Under the pieces are notes generated by a model. It saw only the letters and a program-made list of their open reading frames with translations. It ran no database searches and had not been told where the DNA came from. The translations under genes were made by a program, and so were the position numbers. Below, piece after piece: positions 24,654-31,815 of a stretch of 31,874 nt of DNA (position 1 is its first letter; each line of letters starts with the position of its first letter). The stretch is from positions 1-31,874 of the IMG/VR virus record IMGVR_UViG_3300045988_165319; one strand, given 5' to 3'. Origin of the DNA: a virus.

Positions 24654-25625
24654 TTAGTTGTAAATGTCGCCAAGACGGACGAGCCTCATGGTTGTCCAGC
24701 TCGGTAGTATGGTCATATTTATGCCACGGTTTTCGATACTTGCTCTCACCTCCTGCCCTGGAGACGTAATCGCTATCGGCACAGTAGAGCCATACACGTT
24801 ATAGCCGGTTGACCGGATTGATTTGGTGGTTAAGTAAATAATATCCCCTGGCTGGCTTGGGGTGGGAGGGGTGACGCTCAGGATGACCAGCACATCGTGG
24901 GACTCTTTCGTCCCGAGCAGTAGGGTGACAAGATATATCCCAGGCTTACTGATCCGTACGGTCGCATTATTAGTTATCGTGTAATAATCGTATGCGTTGG
25001 ACGATGATGCGGTCACTTTATTGAGTTCTGGTATAAGGATCTGTTGCCCATCGGCTCGAATATCCCATGGCTGGCTTGGTCTAATTGCTATATACGGCGA
25101 TGCCGGGTATAGCTCACTCCTGTGCGGTCTGACGTCGAGGATTAGGTCGTTGCTCAGGTTGGTCGCTCCCGCCGGCACGGTCACTTGAGCTAGCTTGATA
25201 AACGGGTTGCCCGCCCCGATAGCCTGTAGTACGGCGTTATCGTCGGGGGCTTGGGGCGATACGTTTGGTGTCCCCTTAACGGCGACGAGCTTCAGCATGT
25301 TATTGACGTTATCTTGGCTATCCGTGGTGGGGGCGACCGATGAGTCGATGTAAATAACTATGAGGTCTTTACGGGGTAGGGTCGTATCAGCGGTAGTGAT
25401 AGTTATATCTACAGGTGATGTTAGCGCCACCCGACGTGATAGTTCACTATCCACCCTAATTAGGGCATTGCCTTTAGCGACGGTAACCTTCATCCCTCCC
25501 GTGGTAGACACCCTTAGGGCGTCATAGCTGGCGACAGCATTACCGCCCAGTGCTTCGTTTTCAAAGGCGGTGTATGCACTGGCTGAGTGTAGCCCTCCTG
25601 CCATGTTATAGACTTTATTCGCCAT
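24654..25625 (-). CDS. Hypothetical beta-rich structural protein (323 aa) immediately upstream of terL
   Basis: Ser/Thr/Val-rich. It is not a small terminase by size or composition. Confidence 0.4.
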   Translation of the reverse strand: MANKVYNMAGGLHSASAYTAFENEALGGNAVASYDALRVSTTGGMKVTVAKGNALIRVDSELSRRVALTSPVDITITTADTTLPRKDLIVIYIDSSVAPTTDSQDNVNNMLKLVAVKGTPNVSPQAPDDNAVLQAIGAGNPFIKLAQVTVPAGATNLSNDLILDVRPHRSELYPASPYIAIRPSQPWDIRADGQQILIPELNKVTASSSNAYDYYTITNNATVRISKPGIYLVTLLLGTKESHDVLVILSVTPPTPSQPGDIIYLTTKSIRSTGYNVYGSTVPIAITSPGQEVRASIENRGINMTILPSWTTMRLVRLGDIYN

Positions 25626-26040
25626 AAATATCTGTCCTCCTTGTTGTAATTAATGACCCTACCGCTTGAACGCCCGACAATTTCAGTTGACGCAATTCCG
25701 CCCCCTTAAACCATAAGTCCCCTGCCGGGTTAGTATAGGTGAATTGCTGGGTTTCTGAATATAGCCCCGCCGTCTGTCCGAATGAGGCGCTGTTTACCGG
25801 TGGGTTATCTAGTGGGGTTAGCATCGCCCGCTTGACAGCCTCCATCACCACCAGTTTAACGCTATCCTCCAAAACTTCCCCGTTCTTTATCATCTCGTCT
25901 AAGTCTTGCCCGATATTCTTGGCTATCTGGCGGAGCTGGTTGCTGGCGAGCTTGATTAGATACTCCGCTCTCTCCTTCTCTGAGGCGGTTAGTAAACGCC
26001 AAAACTTCTCTAAATCAGCTACTGTTGCGTATGGTTTCAC
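25615..26040 (-). CDS. Head-tail connector protein (gp6/gp15-like)
   Basis: The N-terminus YATVADLEKFWRLLTASEKERAEYLIKLASNQL matches the characteristic connector/DNA-packaging pattern. Confidence 0.5.
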   Translation of the reverse strand: MKPYATVADLEKFWRLLTASEKERAEYLIKLASNQLRQIAKNIGQDLDEMIKNGEVLEDSVKLVVMEAVKRAMLTPLDNPPVNSASFGQTAGLYSETQQFTYTNPAGDLWFKGAELRQLKLSGVQAVGSLITTRRTDIYGE

Positions 26041-26426
26041 GGTTGTTTTACCTCCTCCAAGGTCGCCACCTTATTATCCAGACCGACTACGGGCAGTTGG
26101 CGGACTTTCTCCATCCCGGTAGAGATAAATGAGTTGCCACCAAGTAGTCGATATCGGTCATAAAGGCTTTCTATCACCTGTAATTCTTGATAGTCAACCT
26201 TGCCGTCGGATAAGCATCGCTCTATGCGCTCGTGTATCTTGCTTTTGATGATACTTAGGTCGTTCTGCTTCAGAAGTTCGATGCTCGAGGCTATCTCGCT
26301 AATCTTAGTCTCGGTAGTTTTACGGTCGTTGTCGATGATCCGCCACATTCCCGCTATTAGAATAGGGGCGACGATACTCCCTAACTCACTGGCATTAGCG
26401 AATATCACGTTAGCTATGTTATGCAT
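26037..26426 (-). CDS. Hypothetical protein (129 aa) with a hydrophobic N-terminal segment
   Basis: VIFANASELGSIVAPILIAGMWRII. Function unknown. Confidence 0.4.
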   Translation of the reverse strand: MHNIANVIFANASELGSIVAPILIAGMWRIIDNDRKTTETKISEIASSIELLKQNDLSIIKSKIHERIERCLSDGKVDYQELQVIESLYDRYRLLGGNSFISTGMEKVRQLPVVGLDNKVATLEEVKQP

Positions 26427-27804
26427 CGGTTGCTCCTTCCTGTTTAGTAGGGGCGGTTGGTTGGTTATTGCCTATCTGGTTGGCGTCAGCTACAAAGGCG
26501 GGGCGCTTATTCGAGTTCTGCCGGCGTAATTGCTCCATCTCTCGAGGGCTAATTCCCAGCATATTGTATATCATCGGGGTGTTTGCTAGTTCGGGCATTA
26601 CCTGTAGTACCTTATAGGCCGCATCGCCCATCGCTCCGACATCGGCTTGGAATAGGGGCGACCAGGTTGGGGTGAGGTTGCGCATGCTTTCCGGCATATG
26701 TGAGTTGGCGTCGCTTGCCATTCGCAAAGTAATCGCCATCTGCTTAATCTGCTTGCCCAGCTCTTTCTGACACCCCTGCGCTTCCAGCAGTAGGTCGTCG
26801 CTCATAGTTCGAAGCGACTCGGCACTGGTCGGGTTGGCTGTCTCATAGCCCAGGTTGCGCAAGGTAAGTCCCGTTTCAGCGCAAAAGTCTCGAGCCAGGT
26901 CTTTCTTTGACTCGGCAAAGCCCGAGATGCTCATCTGCGCTAACTGTCCGATATCGGGCTTGTCGCCATCTTCGTCTTTGCTGATAGTCATCATCTTACC
27001 GATAGCCAGGTCTACATTCTTATCTTTCTTTGCCCCATTAGCAAGTCCGTTGATATAGCGTTGCGGGGTAGAGTAAAACTCCTCCGCCACCTCTTGACGT
27101 TGCTTTACTCGAGCCATTTCATCGACTATTTCTCTTACCGTCTTTGATATCCGACTTCTGCCCAGTGGGCGGGAGATATTGCGTCGCCTGGTAAACACCT
27201 GCATGAAAGTGCGCCCGGTTACGTTCGGTATCGCTTGGCTTAACCTGCCGTCAATATATACGGCGGTCATGTATGGGGTTACCACTACCCAGTTGCGTGG
27301 GGTCATCCCGATAAACTTGGCATTGATATACCCGTTTGGCGACTCTGACCATTTCGTCACGGCTAGCCCGCTAGTCACCAAGCCGGTCTTCTGGTCGACT
27401 ATGGCGGTAGCTTCTCTAGCGGTAAATGGGATAATGTTGTAATCGTCCGAGTTTTGGTCTTTGTCGAATATGGCAAAGGCACACCCTGCCACCATGGTGT
27501 CCATAATTAGCCCGTCGATAATGTCAAACGCTCCTATTCGCTCGAAGTAAGCGTTCATGTTGTAACTGTCGTTGATAAAGCCGTCGAAGTTTAGGCGGTC
27601 GGATAGGGTGGTGATAGCTCGGCTAGCCCAGCCTACTCCCGGCTTGAGGCTCTGCATTTTGACAGGTAGGCTAATCCCGATCGGCTTGGTGGGGTTGTCG
27701 GCATTGTAGTAGCTATACTTAACCCCCACATCGTTAGAGTGCTGACCAAGTTGGTCTAGAAGTTGCTTTGATAGCTGGTCTATTGTGTTGCTCGTAATGT
27801 CCAT
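26419..27804 (-). CDS. Portal protein (SPP1 gp6-like)
   Basis: 461 aa. A conserved central portal core region is recognisable and the C-terminus is acidic. Confidence 0.75.
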   Translation of the reverse strand: MDITSNTIDQLSKQLLDQLGQHSNDVGVKYSYYNADNPTKPIGISLPVKMQSLKPGVGWASRAITTLSDRLNFDGFINDSYNMNAYFERIGAFDIIDGLIMDTMVAGCAFAIFDKDQNSDDYNIIPFTAREATAIVDQKTGLVTSGLAVTKWSESPNGYINAKFIGMTPRNWVVVTPYMTAVYIDGRLSQAIPNVTGRTFMQVFTRRRNISRPLGRSRISKTVREIVDEMARVKQRQEVAEEFYSTPQRYINGLANGAKKDKNVDLAIGKMMTISKDEDGDKPDIGQLAQMSISGFAESKKDLARDFCAETGLTLRNLGYETANPTSAESLRTMSDDLLLEAQGCQKELGKQIKQMAITLRMASDANSHMPESMRNLTPTWSPLFQADVGAMGDAAYKVLQVMPELANTPMIYNMLGISPREMEQLRRQNSNKRPAFVADANQIGNNQPTAPTKQEGATDA

Positions 27805-27868
27805 CTTGTTTAACTACTTATTACCAGACATTACCGCCTCTGTAGACGTCGTTACTATTTCTGTTTCA

Positions 27869-27877
27869 ATTATAACA
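27869..27877 (-). promoter_or_regulatory. Late promoter, extended -10 TGTTATAAT, upstream of the portal gene
   Basis: Exact 30-mer shared with the promoter at 21153-21182. Confidence 0.55.
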
Positions 27878-27885
27878 TCAATTAT

Positions 27886-28449
27886 TTAGCGCCTGCTAGA
27901 CGGTTTAACGTAATTATCCAGGACACCGTTGCGAGACTTCCACCCCCTGGTCTCGATAATGCAAGTACAGTGGGCGTGACGTCTGAATAGGTCGGGGTCG
28001 GGGTCTGATACCCAGCTCCCTCTAGTATCCAGCCCATAACACCACCGACAGGCACTCATGTGGGTGACTGAGCGCCGTATTTCGGGACGCTTGCCGGCTT
28101 CACGGGCTAGCTTGTGGGCGTCTCTTTGCGCCATTGACACGGCATTATTGATGAATGCCTCTATCAGCGCATCTATCTCGTCTTTATTGCCTAGCACTAC
28201 CGAGTCGCTGACGCTTTTAGCCAGTCCATATACCATCTCATCGGGTATCCCGTCGCCGATAGCGTCGGCTATCTCCATGTCCCAAGCGTTCATGTCGAAT
28301 ATCTTGTTATAGACCGACGTGCCGACCTGGCGCAGGGCTACTTCCAGGTTGTATTGCCTGGTTTCAGGTGCTACTTCAGGGTTGTTTATTACCTTGATTA
28401 GCTCGAATAACTTCTTCTTTACGGGTGGGGTGAGGGCAGTATAGTCCAT
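27886..28449 (-). CDS. Minor head protein, Mu F-like C-terminal domain
   Basis: C-terminal Cys/His motif SACRWCYGLD...FRRHAHCTCII, typical of the MuF/SPP1 gp7 family. At 187 aa it is shorter than typical. Confidence 0.5.
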   Translation of the reverse strand: MDYTALTPPVKKKLFELIKVINNPEVAPETRQYNLEVALRQVGTSVYNKIFDMNAWDMEIADAIGDGIPDEMVYGLAKSVSDSVVLGNKDEIDALIEAFINNAVSMAQRDAHKLAREAGKRPEIRRSVTHMSACRWCYGLDTRGSWVSDPDPDLFRRHAHCTCIIETRGWKSRNGVLDNYVKPSSRR

Positions 28450-28787
28450 TATTTACCCCCTAGGCTATTAAAGTCCCAGTCATCGACGATACGTTCTATG
28501 TCATCGACAATATCTGCCATCTTGGTCATACGTTTATTGCTGTAACTGTTGCGGGTAGGAGCTGGCTTTTGAGATAGGATATCGATTAGCCTACTGGCGT
28601 TGCCGGCGGTCATGCCGGCTACTATTTCATCCAAGCTTTCGGCATTTTGGACGGGCTTTTTAGTTAGCTGATTAGCGTCGACGAGCTCCTTCAGCTCTTT
28701 CAGCTCTTTTAGCTTAGCCACCGCCATATCAGCGATAAACCCTTTTTGGTTATCGGTGATTAGTTGCGCTCCTTTCTCCGCTTTCAT
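28449..28787 (-). CDS. Hypothetical protein (112 aa)
   Basis: ORF preceded by a TATAAT 10 nt before the ATG. Confidence 0.4.
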   Translation of the reverse strand: MKAEKGAQLITDNQKGFIADMAVAKLKELKELKELVDANQLTKKPVQNAESLDEIVAGMTAGNASRLIDILSQKPAPTRNSYSNKRMTKMADIVDDIERIVDDWDFNSLGGK

Positions 28788-28812
28788 GCTCTTGATTATA
28801 GCTTAAACTAAA

Positions 28813-28838
28813 AAAGAGGGGAAGTCGTTCCCCTCTTT
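28813..28838 (-). terminator. Intrinsic terminator after the major capsid gene
   Basis: AAAGAGGGGA-AGTCGT-TCCCCTCTTT, a perfect 10-bp stem, followed on the minus strand by TTTTAGTTT. Confidence 0.7.
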
Positions 28839-28857
28839 CATCGCTAGGCTCGCCTAA

Positions 28858-29763
28858 CTATTTAGACTTTACGACCACGTAAGCCTTCGGGTCTAAAAAT
28901 GCAAAGCCGAGGTAAGTCTCACCACGGATTGCAATCTCGTTAGTGCGCTGTAGGTCGCCACCACCGTCCGGGTCGCCGTATTCAATGGTCTTGACGCCCA
29001 TCTCCTTAGCGATACCCCATCGGAAGGTGTTCCAATCAGCCACGATAGCCAAGTCCTTGGCAGTTGCCGGGGTCTTGATATCGTTCTTACCACTAACGGT
29101 GTCACTCGAGCGAGCAGTTAGCCCCTGGAAGCTGTCCATGTTAAGCCCAAACTGTAGTTCAGGGTATAACGGGCGCTTCTGGGCGTCTACCACCTGGGAC
29201 AGGCGGTAGGTGAAGTGCGGGTCAAGTGCTAAGCCGGTGGGCTGGTAGCCATTGCTAATCAGCGTGCCGACCGCCTGTGACAACGCTACATTGGGGGTCT
29301 GGGCGTCCAGCTCGACTGCGCTGGCAAAGCCTGCCTTGTCCAGGTAGCTGGTGACCAGGGGTGACACCTCACCGGTCTTGGGGTTGATACCGTGAATGGC
29401 GATCAAGTCCAAGCTTCGGCTTAAGGCGGTCAAGATACGACCGACCAGGGCGTCTACTACTTGGATCTTTCCCTCCTCCCCAAGTAACTGAACCTCCTGG
29501 CTGTATCGATAGGTGACCTGCACTTTATAAGTGCCGGTAGTCACCTTGGTGGGCTTTTCGTCAGCACTCGACTTTTCGCCACCTTCGCCGACCAGTTCCG
29601 CCTTCGGAGTGCCGGTAAAGGTGAAGATATCGGTTGCGCCGACCTTTAGTTCCGGAGCCGTCGGAGTCAATTGCGACAGTACGCCGGCATTGATGCTTTT
29701 GCTCCAAATCTCGCTATTCACATAGTTAGCTAGATCAAGAGTCCCTGCTTTTAGAGTAGCCAT
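28858..29763 (-). CDS. Major capsid protein (HK97 fold)
   Basis: 301 aa with SD AGGGAGAG. It lies downstream of a coiled-coil scaffold gene and is followed by a terminator. Confidence 0.75.
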   Translation of the reverse strand: MATLKAGTLDLANYVNSEIWSKSINAGVLSQLTPTAPELKVGATDIFTFTGTPKAELVGEGGEKSSADEKPTKVTTGTYKVQVTYRYSQEVQLLGEEGKIQVVDALVGRILTALSRSLDLIAIHGINPKTGEVSPLVTSYLDKAGFASAVELDAQTPNVALSQAVGTLISNGYQPTGLALDPHFTYRLSQVVDAQKRPLYPELQFGLNMDSFQGLTARSSDTVSGKNDIKTPATAKDLAIVADWNTFRWGIAKEMGVKTIEYGDPDGGGDLQRTNEIAIRGETYLGFAFLDPKAYVVVKSK

Positions 29764-29800
29764 TATTCTCTCCCTATCTATTATGCGTCAATGACGCTGT

Positions 29801-30268
29801 TTACTCTTGGCTGAGTAAGTCCTTGGCTAATTGCTTAATCCCTGTATCGGGATGATTGCTACCTGTCGAGCTGTCTTTCTCTATATTAGCTCCGCCTGGG
29901 ACGGTTTCGTGCGACAACTTTTCGGCTCTCGCTCTAATTTCCTCCTCGGTATTGCCGGTGACAAACTCGGCAAGGCTGTCTTTCACCTTAAACTCTCGCA
30001 TAGCCTTTTCTTTAGCTGTTTCAAGCTTCGCCTCGGCTGAGCTAGCTGTAGCCTTAGCTAACTGCTCTTTTAGCTCGGCTATCTCGGACGTGTGAGCGGT
30101 TTTTAGCTCGTCAATTTTCGACACTTTCTCTTTCAGCTCGTCGTAATCGGCGTATTTAGCCGATTGACGTTCGAGCCTTTTCTGTACGATAGTGTCGACT
30201 TCGTCTTGGCTGAGCGCATTGACCTCTTTATACGTCCCATCCTCGAGTTTTGTGTAAAACTTAGCCAT
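29801..30268 (-). CDS. Scaffolding protein
   Basis: 155 aa, strongly coiled-coil (EIAELKEQLAKATASSAEAKLETAKEKAMRE). It lies directly upstream of the MCP. SD AAAGGAG. Confidence 0.65.
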   Translation of the reverse strand: MAKFYTKLEDGTYKEVNALSQDEVDTIVQKRLERQSAKYADYDELKEKVSKIDELKTAHTSEIAELKEQLAKATASSAEAKLETAKEKAMREFKVKDSLAEFVTGNTEEEIRARAEKLSHETVPGGANIEKDSSTGSNHPDTGIKQLAKDLLSQE

Positions 30269-30316
30269 TTATTACTCCTTTGACCGTTAGATTACTCAGC
30301 CGTCGCTGATGTATAA

Positions 30317-30325
30317 ATCATAACA
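30317..30325 (-). promoter_or_regulatory. Late promoter variant, extended -10 TGTTATGAT, upstream of the scaffold gene
   Basis: Minus strand reads CAATATGTTATGATTTATAC. Confidence 0.45.
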
Positions 30326-30341
30326 TATTGAGATGTGGCTG

Positions 30342-30719
30342 TCAGTCAACTATGGTGATGCGCTGATAGACGTCGAGGTATATCTGGTAGCGATGATAGC
30401 CCGATATAGCGTCGTCCAGGTGAATGATGCTATTTACCTCTGCCCTGGTTACGTTCTCAAACTCTAATAACTTGTTGACGGTGCGAGCAATCTTCTGCGC
30501 TTCCTGCATGGCTAGCGTTCGACTGTTCTTGTCGTATGCCTCTACCAGTATCTCCGCTCTGTCCAGCACTAAATCGCCATATCCACCGCCCGTTCTGTCA
30601 AAGGTGATGAACGAATTGGGGCGTTTAGTGGGAATGTCGGGAGTAACCGACCAGCCACCCGCCACTTCTTTAAGCCAGATATACACGTTCTCTTCTACAG
30701 TTGCCTTGCCGGGTTTCAT
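30342..30719 (-). CDS. Neck / tail-completion protein (DUF3168, SPP1 gp17-like)
   Basis: The pattern VYIWLKEVAG...NSFITFDRTGG...AEILVEAYDKNSRTLAMQEAQKIARTVN matches DUF3168-type proteins. Confidence 0.45.
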   Translation of the reverse strand: MKPGKATVEENVYIWLKEVAGGWSVTPDIPTKRPNSFITFDRTGGGYGDLVLDRAEILVEAYDKNSRTLAMQEAQKIARTVNKLLEFENVTRAEVNSIIHLDDAISGYHRYQIYLDVYQRITIVD

Positions 30720-31066
30720 CCGTTTATCTCCTCCGCTGTAAAGTATCTATTCCATCTTGTAGGGGTGTTCTCTGCCATAAATGAGTCGCCATCTTGATAG
30801 ACATGGTAAATATGCCCATCCCAAGTGACCTCACTATCACTAACGTCGCTATCGTCGGCTTTGGGAAGGTGGATGCGGACTAGCCTTTTACCTGCCGTCA
30901 CCGCCTGTTGCTCACGGGCTGACTGCGGTTCGACGAGCGGTTCGATTAGACAATCGTCAATTTTAATGGTCTTAAGCGAATGGGTTGGCTCACCGATACT
31001 GTTCGGCTTACCCTCAACCCGCTTGGTAAATGTCAGTGTCGTGCCTTTCAGTGCCATATTGTCCAT
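30716..31066 (-). CDS. Head-tail adaptor (Phage_H_T_join family)
   Basis: CLIEPLVEPQSAREQQAVTAGKRLVRIHLPK ... VTWDGHIYHV matches the head-tail joining consensus. Confidence 0.55.
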   Translation of the reverse strand: MDNMALKGTTLTFTKRVEGKPNSIGEPTHSLKTIKIDDCLIEPLVEPQSAREQQAVTAGKRLVRIHLPKADDSDVSDSEVTWDGHIYHVYQDGDSFMAENTPTRWNRYFTAEEING

Positions 31067-31072
31067 ATTATA
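31067..31072 (-). promoter_or_regulatory. TATAAT hexamer abutting the first ATG of the late block (possible leaderless-type start)
   Basis: Minus strand reads TTGGCTATAAT ATGGACAATATGGCA. There is no SD, and transcription would initiate at about the second ATG. Confidence 0.35.
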
Positions 31073-31143
31073 GCCAATAATCAGCCGTTTTGGCTACATG
31101 CCGTGTGGTTTATTCTCTGCCCGTTTTGTCGCTTTATTGTTAG

Positions 31144-31171
31144 AGATGGGCATGTACCCATCTTTTTGTTT
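31144..31171. terminator. Terminator hairpin AGATGGG-CATGTA-CCCATCT plus T-run (variant of the 15281 hairpin)
   Basis: Compared with copy B, the stem carries compensatory A>G and T>C changes. Followed by TTTTTGTTT. Confidence 0.6.
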
Positions 31172-31181
31172 AGGACGCCGT

Positions 31182-31229
31182 ACAGAGGCTCTGGTGCGGT
31201 CTGAGGGGGTATTTTGTGGGAGGGTAGGT
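31182..31229 (+). repeat. Conserved G-rich element, copy C
   Basis: TACAGAGGCTCTGGTGCGGTCTGAGGGGGTATTTTGTGGGAGGGTAGG. Confidence 0.85.
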
Positions 31230-31326
31230 ATCTCCCTTGACAACGCCCTCAATAAATGTCTCCAGATATTTTAGCTTTATACGGCGGACACAGCCCCGTT
31301 TTACAGTAGTGGGGACGCCCCCCTGT

Positions 31327-31346
31327 CTTGACGTCATGACGTCAGG
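31327..31346. promoter_or_regulatory. 18/20 palindrome CTTGACGTCATGACGTCAGG (two abutting TGACGTCA units), putative operator
   Basis: Read directly. It is flanked by inverted TTGTCAAGGG motifs and followed by a ~70-bp AT-rich tract. Confidence 0.5.
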
Positions 31347-31477
31347 TTGTTGTTTTTATATCTACAAAATGGGTTGAAAAACGTTTTTTATTCAATAAAT
31401 TGGTTGATCTGTCAAGCTGGGGCGGTGGGGGTTCTTGTTGGACATCAAGTGGGTGCTTTGTCAAGGGCTACTGCTAT

Positions 31478-31500
31478 TGGCTGGGGGCTGGGGCTGGGGA
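31478..31500 (+). repeat. (GCTGGGG)3 G-rich microrepeat; related GCTGGGGGCTGGCGCTGGGGCTG at 31778-31800
   Basis: Read directly. Both lie just 5' of a 189-bp-repeat-like segment. Confidence 0.7.
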
Positions 31501-31586
31501 TTAGTGTTCGGGTGGGGCTGTAAGCCCGCCCGGGTAGCCACTAATCGGCTCACCGACCACCTGGTCGCCCGCCTGCTGGCTAGGCT

Positions 31587-31775
31587 CTAGCCCCTCTCAC
31601 CCCGCCCGTCTGGGCGGGGCTTCTTTACGCCCTTTATCTTATTATTGTGCGACATTAGGGGTTAGCGTTAGGGCTATATGTTTATGTGTCTTTGCTTTTT
31701 ATCGGGGCTTAGGCGGGCGCTGGTGCGGTCGTTTATCAGCATCGGTTAGGTGTCTTGTCAAGGGCTACTACTGTT
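31587..31775 (+). repeat. 189-bp direct repeat, right copy (DR-R)
   Basis: Exact copy of 527-715. A partial extra copy of its 3' part (GTCAAGGGCTACTGCTATTGGCTGGGGGCTGGGGCTGGGG) lies at 31459-31498. Confidence 0.9.
31600..31630 (+). terminator. Second copy of the DR terminator hairpin
   Basis: Identical to 540-570 because it is part of DR-R. Confidence 0.6.
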
Positions 31776-31815
31776 ACGCTGGGGGCTGGCGCTGGGGCTG
31801 TAGCGCTCAGCCTCT

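Noticed and set aside
31236-31262. TTGACA at 31241-31246 as a plus-strand promoter
   Set aside because: No acceptable -10 lies at 16-19 nt, and no plus-strand gene follows. The hexamer is better explained as the reverse complement of the recurring TTGTCAAGGG motif.
527-31775. Interpreting the 189-bp direct repeats as attL/attR of an integrated prophage
   Set aside because: There is no integrase or excisionase gene. Both copies lie within what looks like one phage genome, not at phage-host junctions, and no host-like flanking genes are present.
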